A stretch of 64,000 nucleotides of DNA. It comes from Promethearchaeota archaeon. GTDB taxonomy: Archaea > Asgardarchaeota > Lokiarchaeia > Sigyniarchaeales > SOKP01. This document shows, one piece after another, positions 29,027-39,431 of the stretch. The stretch is from the NCBI GenBank assembly GCA_048940645.1, contig JBHLOI010000007.1, forward strand, positions 32,001 through 96,000, in the 5' to 3' direction. The position numbers and the translations under genes were made by a program. Below the pieces are notes generated by a model. That model was not told the DNA's origin and ran no database searches. It was given only the letters and a program-made list of their open reading frames with translations. Within the stretch, counting starts at the first letter, position 1. Every line of letters starts with the position of its first letter.

Positions 29027-29578
29027 TTATCCAAATTTGTCATAATAAAATGTTGAAATTATCTGATCTTTAGTTTCAGATTTTAGCTCGTATTCAAGTT
29101 TTAAAAAGTTATCAAACCCATTTAAGGGATATTTATGAGATATTATAATAGCTTTATTTTTTGCTGTTAAAAATACATGGTATAAATATTTCTGCATTGT
29201 TGGTAATGAATATATGTAAATAAAATCAAAATCTATCAAGTCGATTTCATAGAAATCTCCATGGATAACCTTAATTTTCCTAAATAGTTTTCGGTGATAT
29301 AGCTTTTCCTTCTTTAATAATTTAATATGTCTTTTTGCTTCTTTTATTAAATTGTGATTAATTTCAATCCCTATGGATTTAATTCCGTAATTTAAAGCTG
29401 AATAAGCAATTATTTGGCCATTTCCAGAACCTAAATCAACTAATTTCTGATTTGAATTTTTAATTAATCTAAACCTAAGCCTTAAAGTTTCGAATATTTT
29501 CTGAATTAACTCTCCATTTGTTTCTAGAAATGGTAAATCTATTTGTGAACTGATTTCTAAAAAGCGAGATCTCTTCAT
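29027..29578 (-). CDS. Class I SAM-dependent methyltransferase, FAM173/aKMT-like
   Basis: LPFLET, VDLGSGNG, GIEIN, GDF, FIYIY, IISH. Confidence 0.8.
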   Translation of the reverse strand: MKRSRFLEISSQIDLPFLETNGELIQKIFETLRLRFRLIKNSNQKLVDLGSGNGQIIAYSALNYGIKSIGIEINHNLIKEAKRHIKLLKKEKLYHRKLFRKIKVIHGDFYEIDLIDFDFIYIYSLPTMQKYLYHVFLTAKNKAIIISHKYPLNGFDNFLKLEYELKSETKDQIISTFYYDKFG

Positions 29579-29745
29579 CGGAAATATCTATTTTATTATA
29601 TTACACAATAATGTAAACTTTTTCTTTTCTTTCCATATTTTTAAGATTCTTAACCATTACAATTGTTAATAGTATTATTAAACTTTTAAAAGGAAAAAAA
29701 TTTCTAATATTAAAATTTTAAAACCTCTCAATTCCTTCTTACAAA

Positions 29746-30744
29746 ATGGCTAAAATATTAGTGACTGGTGGAACTGGTTTTATTGGTATTCCATTAGTAA
29801 AGAAATTAAACGAGTTGGGCCATGAGATTAAGCTTTTAGTACGAGAATCAAGTGATACTTCTCCTTTTCAAAACCTTGACAATATTGAATATGTTAATGG
29901 TGATGTTCGAGATATAGATAGCTTATATAAAGCAGTAGATAATATTGAAATGATCTATCATCTTGCAGCTTACACTGGAATATGGGCGCGAAAGAAATCA
30001 ATTTATTATGACGTTAATGTGAAGGGAATAGAAAACGTTGCTAATGTTGCTCTTGAAAAGAATCTTAAATTATTTTATGTTAGTTCTTTTACTGCCTTAG
30101 GTCCTACTCCTCCTGAACCTGTTGACGAAACCCATGAAAATCAAAATTTTTGTATGGAATATGAGAAATCAAAATTTCAGGCAAAAAAGTTGATTAAAAG
30201 TTTAATACCAAAAGGATTGAAAGTAATAATATTTTATCCAGGAATCGTATATGGTCCAAGAGATTTTAATGTTTTTGGTAGAATGCTATATGATGTCATG
30301 AGAGGAAAAATTCTTCCCTTAGGAGTATGTCCTGGAGAGGGAGGTTCTATGACTTGTCTATCTTATGTATATGATTTATCAAATGCATTTGTAAGTGTAG
30401 TCAATAGAGAAGACCTTTTTGGGGAAGATTTTATTCTAGGTGGAGAAAATGTTAAATTTAGAGAATATTTAGATTTAATTGCTGAAATTGGAAGAGATAA
30501 AAAAGCAAAAAAGCTTCCATTCTGGGTTACGATAGTTTATGCATGGTTATTGGAAGTAAAAGCTTTCTTCAATAAAAAAGTGCCTTATTTGACTCGACCT
30601 ACACTTAGAGCAATTAGATATCACAGAGCATATTCTTCAAAAAAAGCCATTGAAAAACTCAATTACAAAATTACACCCTTAAGAGAAGGATTAGAAAAAA
30701 CAATTAAATGGTACAAGGAATTTAATGAAAAAGAAAAAAGTTAA
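29746..30744 (+). CDS. Extended SDR (NAD-dependent epimerase/dehydratase; HpnA/3-beta-HSD-like)
   Basis: TGGTGFIG, HLAA, VSS, YEKSK, PGIVYGP. Confidence 0.92.
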   Translation: MAKILVTGGTGFIGIPLVKKLNELGHEIKLLVRESSDTSPFQNLDNIEYVNGDVRDIDSLYKAVDNIEMIYHLAAYTGIWARKKSIYYDVNVKGIENVANVALEKNLKLFYVSSFTALGPTPPEPVDETHENQNFCMEYEKSKFQAKKLIKSLIPKGLKVIIFYPGIVYGPRDFNVFGRMLYDVMRGKILPLGVCPGEGGSMTCLSYVYDLSNAFVSVVNREDLFGEDFILGGENVKFREYLDLIAEIGRDKKAKKLPFWVTIVYAWLLEVKAFFNKKVPYLTRPTLRAIRYHRAYSSKKAIEKLNYKITPLREGLEKTIKWYKEFNEKEKS

Positions 30745-30762
30745 GAAGGGGATTTTAAAACA

Positions 30763-31242
30763 ATGTTGGAAGAAGAGTTAACAAGTCAAATTATAGATCA
30801 ACAGAAATATAAGACAGAATTAGCAAAGAAATATACTACATTTCTATCAAAATATCCTGAAATCTTTTCTGATTTAATTTCTGGTTCAGATTTTGATTTT
30901 GCACTTTATGATACGATTGAAGATTATGATAATAGAGCCCCTGTAGATGTATTTAATGTATATTGCAATGGCCATGGAATAGAAATTAGACCAGGGCGAG
31001 CAGATGATTCTGATTTAGAACTAGCACTTTCAATAAAAGCTGTTAAAAAATTAATCCAAACAACAACTAAGGTGGAATATGCACAGCTTCTGGGCTATTT
31101 CTTTAATAACCCCGACGAGGAAAAAGGCTGGATCGATTTTATCTTGCATAAAAGGACTCAGATTTTAATTAATATGGGCTATGGAAGATTTGCTCGAACC
31201 GCTGGTATTCTCGAAGAGGATGATAATGTTTATAGTATTTAA
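30763..31242 (+). CDS. Hypothetical protein, SCP2-like; paralog of 32815-33222
   Basis: IEIRPGRADDSDLELALSIKAVKKLI pattern. Confidence 0.65.
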   Translation: MLEEELTSQIIDQQKYKTELAKKYTTFLSKYPEIFSDLISGSDFDFALYDTIEDYDNRAPVDVFNVYCNGHGIEIRPGRADDSDLELALSIKAVKKLIQTTTKVEYAQLLGYFFNNPDEEKGWIDFILHKRTQILINMGYGRFARTAGILEEDDNVYSI

Positions 31243-31301
31243 AACTCTTTTTTAAATTAAATTTGAAATTATATTGAAATTCATAAAGGTAAATAGGATA
31301 A

Positions 31302-32795
31302 ATGTCAAAAGTTAAAGAATTAGAAATAAAAAATAAATATACAGGTGAAGTTTTAAGAACTATACCAGCAGACACTCCAGAGACGGTTCAAGAAAAAATA
31401 AAAGAAGTACATGCAAGTCAAAATCTCTTAAAAGAAATGGATTTTTTTGAGAGAGCTCAACTTCTTTCTAATTATGCAAGCAAATTGCGATTTAAAAAGA
31501 AGCAACTAAAAGATTTAATTGTAGCAGAAGGGGGTCTACCTATCAAATATTCAGAATGGGAATTGAATATTGTAATGACGGGATTTAGATTTTGTGACTG
31601 GTATTATCAATTCATAGAAGAGAAACCATTAACAAGCATAGAAGGAGAGCAATTTGTCAAAATAAGATATATTCCTCATGGATTAGCAGCATGCATTTCT
31701 CCTCGTAATACCCCTATAAGTCTTCCTCTTTATCAATGGGGGGCAAATTATTTAGTAGGTAATGCAGCCATCGTTAAACCTTCCACAGCTTGTCCACTAA
31801 CTATGATAGAAGCCCAATCCATGATGGAAGAAATGAATTTACCTGCTCTTGAAGCTCTTAATTTAGTAATTGCCCCTGGAAATTGGGCTGTTGATGAATT
31901 TCTTAAATCTCCATTGGTTAAAACTCTAATGACGATTACTTCCTCTCACACTGCTAAGGATATCTTAGTACGTTATGCCAATATCTTAAAAAAAACCGTT
32001 GATAAATCAATGGGAGTGGCAATGTATACTAGTCCATTTAAGAATTTTTTCTTTGAATGTGCCGGTAACGATGCAGGGATTGTGATGGATGATGTAAATC
32101 TAGAACAAGTAGCAAAATGGAACGTTATGGCTAGTTATACAAACTCTGGTCAACAATGCTTTTCAATGAAGCGTCTAATTGTTCATAGTAACATTTATGA
32201 TGAATATATCGAATATTTAATAAAGGAAATTGAGAAATTAAAATATGGAGACCCTACGGATCCAAGTACCGATATTGGTCCATTAGGGAGTCGTAAAATT
32301 TTAATGATGATGGAAGTGATGGTTGCAGATGCAAAAAAATATGGCTGTGAAATATATACGGGGGCTGATAAAATCGACACAGGAGAAGATTATGGTTTAT
32401 TTTATAAACCAACTCTGGTAGAAATAAAGCCTGAATTGTGTGAAGATTTAACTAAAGCTCCATTTTTATGGCGAGAAGAGGCTTTTGGACCTGTTAGATC
32501 TATCACCAGAGCTGAAAACTTAAAAGATGCGATAAAATTGGCTAATGCTAGCAACTATGGTATGCGAGCAGTAGCTTATACCTCAAATTTACACACTATA
32601 GAAACTTTTAAAAACGAATTAGAAGCTGCGAACATATACATTAATGCAAGACCCATGCTCACTGATATTACAGTTGCTCTGGGGGGAATTAAAGATTCTG
32701 CTTATCCTCCCGGATGTAAATATTATCCACAAGAATTAGTTTTTGGAAAATATATTTATGATGGAACTCCAATTAATCTTGAAAAACTTAAGTGA
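31302..32795 (+). CDS. Aldehyde dehydrogenase family protein (atypical)
   Basis: KPS, FFECAGND, SGQQC catalytic Cys, EEAFGPV, YGM, GGIKDS. Confidence 0.92.
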   Translation: MSKVKELEIKNKYTGEVLRTIPADTPETVQEKIKEVHASQNLLKEMDFFERAQLLSNYASKLRFKKKQLKDLIVAEGGLPIKYSEWELNIVMTGFRFCDWYYQFIEEKPLTSIEGEQFVKIRYIPHGLAACISPRNTPISLPLYQWGANYLVGNAAIVKPSTACPLTMIEAQSMMEEMNLPALEALNLVIAPGNWAVDEFLKSPLVKTLMTITSSHTAKDILVRYANILKKTVDKSMGVAMYTSPFKNFFFECAGNDAGIVMDDVNLEQVAKWNVMASYTNSGQQCFSMKRLIVHSNIYDEYIEYLIKEIEKLKYGDPTDPSTDIGPLGSRKILMMMEVMVADAKKYGCEIYTGADKIDTGEDYGLFYKPTLVEIKPELCEDLTKAPFLWREEAFGPVRSITRAENLKDAIKLANASNYGMRAVAYTSNLHTIETFKNELEAANIYINARPMLTDITVALGGIKDSAYPPGCKYYPQELVFGKYIYDGTPINLEKLK

Positions 32796-32814
32796 TCTAG
32801 AAAGGGATTTTATT

Positions 32815-33222
32815 ATGAATTCAGAGGAATTATATAATGAATTAAACAAATATTTTTCCAATAATTTAGATATAATGAGACATCTTAAAGTCAATGCATG
32901 TTGGGAGTATTTCATAACTGAAAATTCTTTGGATGATGAAAATTCCAAATTACATTATTATTTAATTAAAAAAGACGAAGATACACTTGAATTAACGAAA
33001 AATAATCCTAAAATTAAACCTGATTTAATTCTCTATTTTACTGAAAGAGCAATTTTAAATCTCATCAAAGAAAGTCCAAATGCAGAAGAATACTATCATC
33101 GTTATCGGAAAGTTATGGACAATCCTCGACCAGAACTTCAAGTTGATAATAAGATAAACAAACCTAGATTAAAACTTTGGCAGATTGGATATAAAAAATG
33201 GCAGGAAGATTTTAAATTTTAG
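32815..33222 (+). CDS. Hypothetical protein, SCP2-like; paralog of 30763-31242
   Basis: KPDLILYFTERAILNLI...EY...NP...GY; ATG 32815 follows AAGGGA. Confidence 0.65.
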   Translation: MNSEELYNELNKYFSNNLDIMRHLKVNACWEYFITENSLDDENSKLHYYLIKKDEDTLELTKNNPKIKPDLILYFTERAILNLIKESPNAEEYYHRYRKVMDNPRPELQVDNKINKPRLKLWQIGYKKWQEDFKF

Positions 33223-33232
33223 AAAAAGTTCT

Positions 33233-33919
33233 TTAAAGCACTTTAATTGAATATTTCTTGTTTCTAGTACTAATAAAAATAATTGCTATAACAGCCAATA
33301 AAATGAAACCAATAAAATATATTCCCATAGGAATCATTATGAATGTTGCTTCAACCTTGATGATTAATCGTGTATTAGCATATTCATAAACTGCTTCTGA
33401 TTCTAGAATTCCATCACTGTTATATATTCTTTCATGTAAATATTCTTCATCTATTTCTGATTTTAAAATTTGGGATATTTTAAATCCATCTACTTGATAA
33501 TCTGCTGGAAATTGTTCTCCAACTGATTCAAGGAAATTATCGACTGGAGTTGGTAAAAATATGCAATGTTCATATTGAGCAGCCAATTTATATAATTCTA
33601 TATTCTCAAGAACTCCTTGCTGACCCCAATCAACTTGATAATCCCAAAAATATATAGTTATTCTCCAATATGTCTCAACGTCAACAATTTCCTTAATTAT
33701 TACTCTTATTTTATCACCTACATCAAAATTGGGCTCATAACCTAATATTCTGCCAAATAAACTTGAATCTAAATAAGTTACTTCCCAAATATACTCTTTA
33801 TCTTCTTGTATACCTAAAGAATAGGGACCCTGTGCTTTTACATACCCATTGGCACATAAGTAAAAAACCGTAATATTGAGGAATATTAACGTTAATATAA
33901 TTTTGTTTTTACGTTTCAA
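33233..33919 (-). CDS. Secreted/surface protein with C-terminal membrane anchor
   Basis: Signal peptide, YNSDGILE, C-terminal TM followed by basic residues. Confidence 0.75.
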   Translation of the reverse strand: MKRKNKIILTLIFLNITVFYLCANGYVKAQGPYSLGIQEDKEYIWEVTYLDSSLFGRILGYEPNFDVGDKIRVIIKEIVDVETYWRITIYFWDYQVDWGQQGVLENIELYKLAAQYEHCIFLPTPVDNFLESVGEQFPADYQVDGFKISQILKSEIDEEYLHERIYNSDGILESEAVYEYANTRLIIKVEATFIMIPMGIYFIGFILLAVIAIIFISTRNKKYSIKVL

Positions 33920-34149
33920 CTTACCATCTAATTTTTGGTATAATTCTGCTATCTTATCTTAAATTATATTCGATAATAGTATATTTAGAAATTTATACTT
34001 TATTTAAACACAATATTATTCTCTCTCAAAATATGACAATTAATTATTAATGCTATTCTAATCCTTAATAACAATTAAATAAAACATAATAATTATATAA
34101 AAGATAATATAAAAGATCTTATAATCTAGGAAGATTAGGGTATTAAAAT

Positions 34150-35568
34150 ATGAAAAATGAAGAAATTTGTTATATGTCTGCTTGTGATATAGCAGATTCA
34201 ATAAAAAATGGGGATATAACTTCTCAAGAAATTACAGAGTTAATTATTGAAAGAATTGAAAAGATCAATCCAATTATAAATGCATATTGTACTCCAACGT
34301 TTGATTTAGCTAGAAAAATGGCTAAAGAAGCAGATAAAGTAGTTAAAACGAGAGTAGATATACCACCACTTAACGGGATTCCGACTAGCATTAAAGATTT
34401 AATTATGACTAAAGGAATTAGGACTACATTTGGTTCTAAACTATATGAAGATTTTATACCTGAAGAAGATGAAGTAGTTATTAAAAGACTTAAAAATGCA
34501 GGCTGTGTAATTTTAGGAAAAACAAATACACCAGAATTCGGACATGTTACGGTTACTTTTAATTTAATTTTTGGAGAGACTAAAAATCCTTGGAATTTAG
34601 AAAAAACATCTGGAGGTTCAAGTGGTGGTGCTGGTGCAGCAGTAGCATCAGGTATCAGCCCTTTAGCGCTAGGCTCAGATGGAGGTGGATCTATAAGGGT
34701 TCCCAGCTGTTTATGTGGGATATTTGGTTTGAAACCTACTTATGGAAGAATCCCTAAATATCCACGCATAGGACTTGAATTCTATACTATGGATCATTAT
34801 GGACCAATGACTCGATATGTAAAAGATGCCGCTCTTATGTTAGATGTTATGAAAGGGCCCCATCTGGGAGACAGACAGTCACTCCCAGAAAATAATATAA
34901 AATATGTCGAAATACTTGATGAAAAGCCTTCAAAATTAAAAATTGGTTATTCCTTTGATTTGGGTTTAGCAAAAGCATTAGATTCTGATGTTGAAAAATC
35001 GGTACTTAATTCAATTGATAAGTTAGAAACGTTCGATTGGACAGCCGAAAAAGTAAATTTAAACATGAGAAAAGCAGAAAATGCATTTTATACCTATAGT
35101 ACTGTTGGAACAGCTTATGATTTTAAAAAAAAATTTGATGAATGGAGAGATCGTATAACACCTGGTCTGGTCAAACAAATTAAAGTTGCTTTACCAATGA
35201 CTGCTATGAATCTTCAACTTGCTTTATCTCAGAGATTGGCTTGTGATGAGGTAATGCATCAGTTTTTTAAGAATTATGATATCTTAATTACGCCAACTAC
35301 AGCAGTGCCTGCTTTTGAATTGGGAAGTGTCGGACCTTCAAAAATCCAAAGTAAAGCGGTTTCGCATTCAGGATGGTATCCCTTTACTTATCCATTTAAC
35401 TTAACTTCATTACCTGCTGCATCAATACCATGCGGTTGGTCTAGCGAAAAATTACCTATAGGAATGCAGATAGTTGGGAAAAGATTTGATGAAAAAGCTG
35501 TACTTCAAGTTTCAAAAGCTTTTGAGGAAATTGCTCCTTGGCAGAATAAGAAACCAGTATTTAATTAA
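34150..35568 (+). CDS. Amidase signature family enzyme
   Basis: SIKD, GGSSGG, GSDGGGSIRVP (Ser-cisSer-Lys triad motifs). Confidence 0.95.
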   Translation: MKNEEICYMSACDIADSIKNGDITSQEITELIIERIEKINPIINAYCTPTFDLARKMAKEADKVVKTRVDIPPLNGIPTSIKDLIMTKGIRTTFGSKLYEDFIPEEDEVVIKRLKNAGCVILGKTNTPEFGHVTVTFNLIFGETKNPWNLEKTSGGSSGGAGAAVASGISPLALGSDGGGSIRVPSCLCGIFGLKPTYGRIPKYPRIGLEFYTMDHYGPMTRYVKDAALMLDVMKGPHLGDRQSLPENNIKYVEILDEKPSKLKIGYSFDLGLAKALDSDVEKSVLNSIDKLETFDWTAEKVNLNMRKAENAFYTYSTVGTAYDFKKKFDEWRDRITPGLVKQIKVALPMTAMNLQLALSQRLACDEVMHQFFKNYDILITPTTAVPAFELGSVGPSKIQSKAVSHSGWYPFTYPFNLTSLPAASIPCGWSSEKLPIGMQIVGKRFDEKAVLQVSKAFEEIAPWQNKKPVFN

Positions 35569-35604
35569 TTTAAAAATTTAACAAATCCTCTTTTTTTTAA
35601 AAAT

Positions 35605-36693
35605 CTAAAAGGATTTCATATTAGACGTAGTGATATAAGTAGAATCTCCAATAGTGATATTATTCTTTATTAAATCTTCCAAAATTGAATAATCTCCAAT
35701 AATACTATTAGTTGATATTATTTTTTTCATGATTACACCATCTCCAATAACAGATTCAGAAAGAATACATTTATCAATAACTAAATCATCTCCAATCGAT
35801 ACATTAGGGCCTATTACTGAATCAGTTATTTTTACATCTTTTCCAATAAATACAGGAGGAATAATCTTAGAATCTACGATATTTCCAGAACGGAATTTGG
35901 TTTCATATAAAGGATCTTTTAACCTTATTTCTGAGAGAAGATGACGGTTACCATCTAATAAACTATCAGGGCGACCAAAATCTAAGATTTCGTTCTGCAT
36001 TTCATTAACTTTAAGTTTAACACCTTCCTCAACTAACTTTTGAATAATTGGAGTTAATTGGTGTTCTTTTCCATTTTTAATTTCAACTTTTTTTTGCTCT
36101 TCTAACAATTGAAATAATCTTGGGGTTATAGTTTTCCCAAACAAATATGCTCCGGACACAGCATAATCAGAAATGAACTCACTTGGTTTTTCCACTACTT
36201 TTTCTACATATCCAGTTTCATCAAACACCGTTACTCCATAATATTGAGGATTTTCAACTTTCTTTATATTAATAATTCCTTCACAATTTCCTTGATGATA
36301 AGTTAGAAGAATAGATGAATAATCTTCTAAAGGTAAACGATCGCTAAGAAAAATAAAACAATCATCATTATAAGCATAATCCTTAGCTAATAGTATCGCA
36401 TCACCCAAACCACTAAAAAAAGGAGAATCTGCCTCGTAACCTAAAGGAATTTGTTCAATAAATTCTAAGTTAAAATAATCAGAATAATTTTTTTGTAAAT
36501 ATTCAGTAATTTGCCTTTTCTTATATCCCACTATAAAACATATGTTCGTATCTTTGGGAAAGGTTTTTTTTAATTTGATTAAAATATGATCAATTAATCT
36601 TTTTCCTGCCACTTTTAAAAAAGCCTTAGGCTTAGAATATGTAAAAGGTTGAAGGCGTGTTCCTACTCCAGCAATGGGGCAAATTAACCACAT
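35605..36693 (-). CDS. Sugar-phosphate nucleotidyltransferase with beta-helix C-terminus (glucose-1-phosphate thymidylyltransferase long-form-like)
   Basis: AGVGTRLQPFT..KPK, VEKP, DFGRP, IIPPVFIG...VIGPNVSIG. Confidence 0.9.
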   Translation of the reverse strand: MWLICPIAGVGTRLQPFTYSKPKAFLKVAGKRLIDHILIKLKKTFPKDTNICFIVGYKKRQITEYLQKNYSDYFNLEFIEQIPLGYEADSPFFSGLGDAILLAKDYAYNDDCFIFLSDRLPLEDYSSILLTYHQGNCEGIINIKKVENPQYYGVTVFDETGYVEKVVEKPSEFISDYAVSGAYLFGKTITPRLFQLLEEQKKVEIKNGKEHQLTPIIQKLVEEGVKLKVNEMQNEILDFGRPDSLLDGNRHLLSEIRLKDPLYETKFRSGNIVDSKIIPPVFIGKDVKITDSVIGPNVSIGDDLVIDKCILSESVIGDGVIMKKIISTNSIIGDYSILEDLIKNNITIGDSTYITTSNMKSF

Positions 36694-36741
36694 TCTACTC
36701 GGTTTTTTTGATGATTAACAAAATAATTTTATCAATTAAGA

Positions 36742-37266
36742 TTAATTTTCTAAAATTTTTCTTAAAGTCTCATAATATTCCGCTTCTTTTAATCTTTCTT
36801 TTATGGTATCTTTTAATTTTCTTAGATAGTAATTATCTGATGCTGTTCTATTAACGTTCCTTAATTTCTTGTTTAAAGCAATTCTAGTTTTTTCGTCTAA
36901 AAATGCTAGTGGAATTTGCCTATACTTATCCTTTAACTCAGACATACTTTCTTTCTGAGATCGGTTTTGAACATAATTAGATTCAAGTCTCCTATATAAA
37001 TTTTTTATCCACGTTTCAATTTTTAATAAATCTCCTTTTATATAATTTCTATCGTTTAACCATTCCTTAAATTTTATAACTTCATTCAAAAAGTTTTCTG
37101 ATTTGGTTAATATTGGCTTTTCCTGCTTACTTTTTTGAATTATTTGTTGTAGTTTTTTCTTTTTTAATTCTGTCTTTTCTTCCTTAGATAACTTATTATA
37201 TTCCTCTTCTCTTTTTTCCCTATCCTCCCCAATTGTATCATCAGTAAGCCATTTTTTAATTGACAT
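36742..37266 (-). CDS. Hypothetical charged helical protein
   Basis: 174-aa ORF, ATG start. Confidence 0.7.
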   Translation of the reverse strand: MSIKKWLTDDTIGEDREKREEEYNKLSKEEKTELKKKKLQQIIQKSKQEKPILTKSENFLNEVIKFKEWLNDRNYIKGDLLKIETWIKNLYRRLESNYVQNRSQKESMSELKDKYRQIPLAFLDEKTRIALNKKLRNVNRTASDNYYLRKLKDTIKERLKEAEYYETLRKILEN

Positions 37267-37401
37267 GGTATTTCAAATAAAATATTAATTTTTCTTAAAA
37301 AACATGTTTATTATTAAACCTTTAACAAAACTGAATTAAATTGAATTTATAAAAAGAGAGAGATAGATTAAAATTTAAAAAGAATTTTAATAAAATAGAA
37401 T

Positions 37402-38151
37402 ATGAAAATTGAAGGTTTAATATTTGATTTTGGTTTTACTTTATTTGAATTCAAGAATGCTTCTGTAGAGAAATATTTTGAATGTTTTAGAAAAGGGCTT
37501 AGAAAGTCAATAGAAAAATTGAAGGAAACTAATATTTTAAACAACGAGGAAATCATTAAACAATTTTCCAAATTGTTCAATAAAAAAAGATCTCAATATT
37601 TTAAACAAAGTCTCAAGACAAAAAAAGAATTCCCCACTTCGAATGTATTTGAATTAGTATTAGAAGAATTGAATATAGAGAAAGTTAATAGAGAAATTTA
37701 TCTCGAATTAGCAGATTTATATCATTCATATGAAGAGAAAGAATGGGTTCCTTTCAAAAATACGAAAGATACTTTAGAAAAGTTATCAAATTTTAAAAAT
37801 CTTAAAATGGCCGTTCTATCTAACCATCCACATCATATGACAATAATTAATTTACTTAAAAAGTATGATTTAATGGAATTTTTTAATGCTGTGGTTACAT
37901 CTGCTAAATTTGGAAAAAGAAAACCTGATCCCGATATTTTTTTATATACACTAAAAAAAATGGGTTTGGAAAAACCTGAAACATGCATGGTTTGTGGGGA
38001 TGAACATGCAGACATTGTTGGTGGAGATAAAGCGGGATTACAAACCATTTTGTGTAATAGAATGCTTAAATTTCCATTTGAAAGAGAAATCAATGTTCCA
38101 AATTATATAAAAGTAAATGACATTTCAGAGATATTAAACCATATTCATTAA
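37402..38151 (+). CDS. HAD family hydrolase
   Basis: FDFGFTL, LSN, KPDPDIF, GDEHAD. Confidence 0.9.
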   Translation: MKIEGLIFDFGFTLFEFKNASVEKYFECFRKGLRKSIEKLKETNILNNEEIIKQFSKLFNKKRSQYFKQSLKTKKEFPTSNVFELVLEELNIEKVNREIYLELADLYHSYEEKEWVPFKNTKDTLEKLSNFKNLKMAVLSNHPHHMTIINLLKKYDLMEFFNAVVTSAKFGKRKPDPDIFLYTLKKMGLEKPETCMVCGDEHADIVGGDKAGLQTILCNRMLKFPFEREINVPNYIKVNDISEILNHIH

Positions 38152-38166
38152 GTTAAAAAGCAACTT

Positions 38167-39405
38167 ATGGAAGGGAAGATAATGAGTCAAGCAAAAATTC
38201 CTCATGATCTATTAATAAAAATTGTTAAAGAGAAACATAAACTCATCCCAAAAATTATGAAAGAAAGCGAAATTGACTGCTGGCTAATCTTTGCTCGCGA
38301 AACTTCTGTTAACCCTGATCCCATTATGAATCAAATAATTGGTGGTGATGTAGTTTGGAGTTCTGCTTTTGTCTTTGCATTTGAAGGAGTAAACTTAACT
38401 AAAACGGCTATAGTTGGTGATTTTGATGCTTTAGCCGAAGAAAGAAAAGGTATTTGGGATGTTGTCATTCCTTATAAAGAAGGAATTAGTGCTCCTATGA
38501 AAGAACTTTTTGAGAGGATTAATCCATCTAAGATTGCTCTCAATTATTCTGAGCATGATGTAATTTCAGATGGGCTCTCTCATGGAATGTTTCTTAAACT
38601 CACTTCAATTTTACCTGATAAAAAGGATATTTTTATAAGCGCTACACCACTAATTCAAGCTATTCGAGGGCGAAAGACAAAGACAGAAATTGAACTTGTC
38701 ACAAAAGCTTGTGAGCTTACTGAAGAAATTAATCAAAAAATGACTAAGTTGATAAAAATTGGAATGAATGAAACGGAAATTCAGAACCTATTTCATAAAG
38801 AGATGGATAAGTACGACGTAATTGAAGCTTGGCAGCGTGTTTCATGCCCTGCTATAGATGCTGGGCCTGATAAAGAATTTGGACATGTTGGACCTCTCCC
38901 TAATTCCAAAACAAAAAAGGGACATATTTTACATAATGATTTAGGAGTAAAATTTAACGGGTATTGTTCGGATTTGCAGAGAATGTGGTTTTTTGGACCC
39001 GAAGATGAAATACCAGAAGAATTAAAACACGCTTTTAAAACCGTCCATGGAGCAATTACTAAGGCGGCGGAATATATCAAACCAGGTGTTACCGGATTTT
39101 CAGTGGACAAAGTAGCTCGTGATTATGTTAAATCCCAAGGTTATGAAGAATATGCTCATGCTTTAGGACATCAACTAGGTACTAATGCTCATGATGGAGG
39201 TGTCTTACTTGGTCCACTCTGGGAACGATACGGGGATATTCCCAAAGGAATAGTTGAAGAAGGAAATATTTTTACTCTTGAACTCTATGTTAAAACGAAA
39301 AATTATGGAATGATTTCATTGGAAGAAGATATCGTTGTTACAACGGACGGTTGTCGATTTTTAGTCCCAAGATGCGATAAATTTATTACAATAGAAGATA
39401 CTTAA
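38167..39405 (+). CDS. M24 family Xaa-Pro peptidase
   Basis: DLG...YCSD, GHQLG..AHD, TLE, LEED metal-ligand motifs. Confidence 0.92.
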   Translation: MEGKIMSQAKIPHDLLIKIVKEKHKLIPKIMKESEIDCWLIFARETSVNPDPIMNQIIGGDVVWSSAFVFAFEGVNLTKTAIVGDFDALAEERKGIWDVVIPYKEGISAPMKELFERINPSKIALNYSEHDVISDGLSHGMFLKLTSILPDKKDIFISATPLIQAIRGRKTKTEIELVTKACELTEEINQKMTKLIKIGMNETEIQNLFHKEMDKYDVIEAWQRVSCPAIDAGPDKEFGHVGPLPNSKTKKGHILHNDLGVKFNGYCSDLQRMWFFGPEDEIPEELKHAFKTVHGAITKAAEYIKPGVTGFSVDKVARDYVKSQGYEEYAHALGHQLGTNAHDGGVLLGPLWERYGDIPKGIVEEGNIFTLELYVKTKNYGMISLEEDIVVTTDGCRFLVPRCDKFITIEDT

Positions 39406-39431
39406 CTAATTTAAGTTAATTTGAAATTTAA

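Noticed and set aside
34150-35568. Amidase as GatA
   Set aside because: No gatB/gatC nearby and it lacks the GatA-type DEFAMGS motif (has TPEFG)
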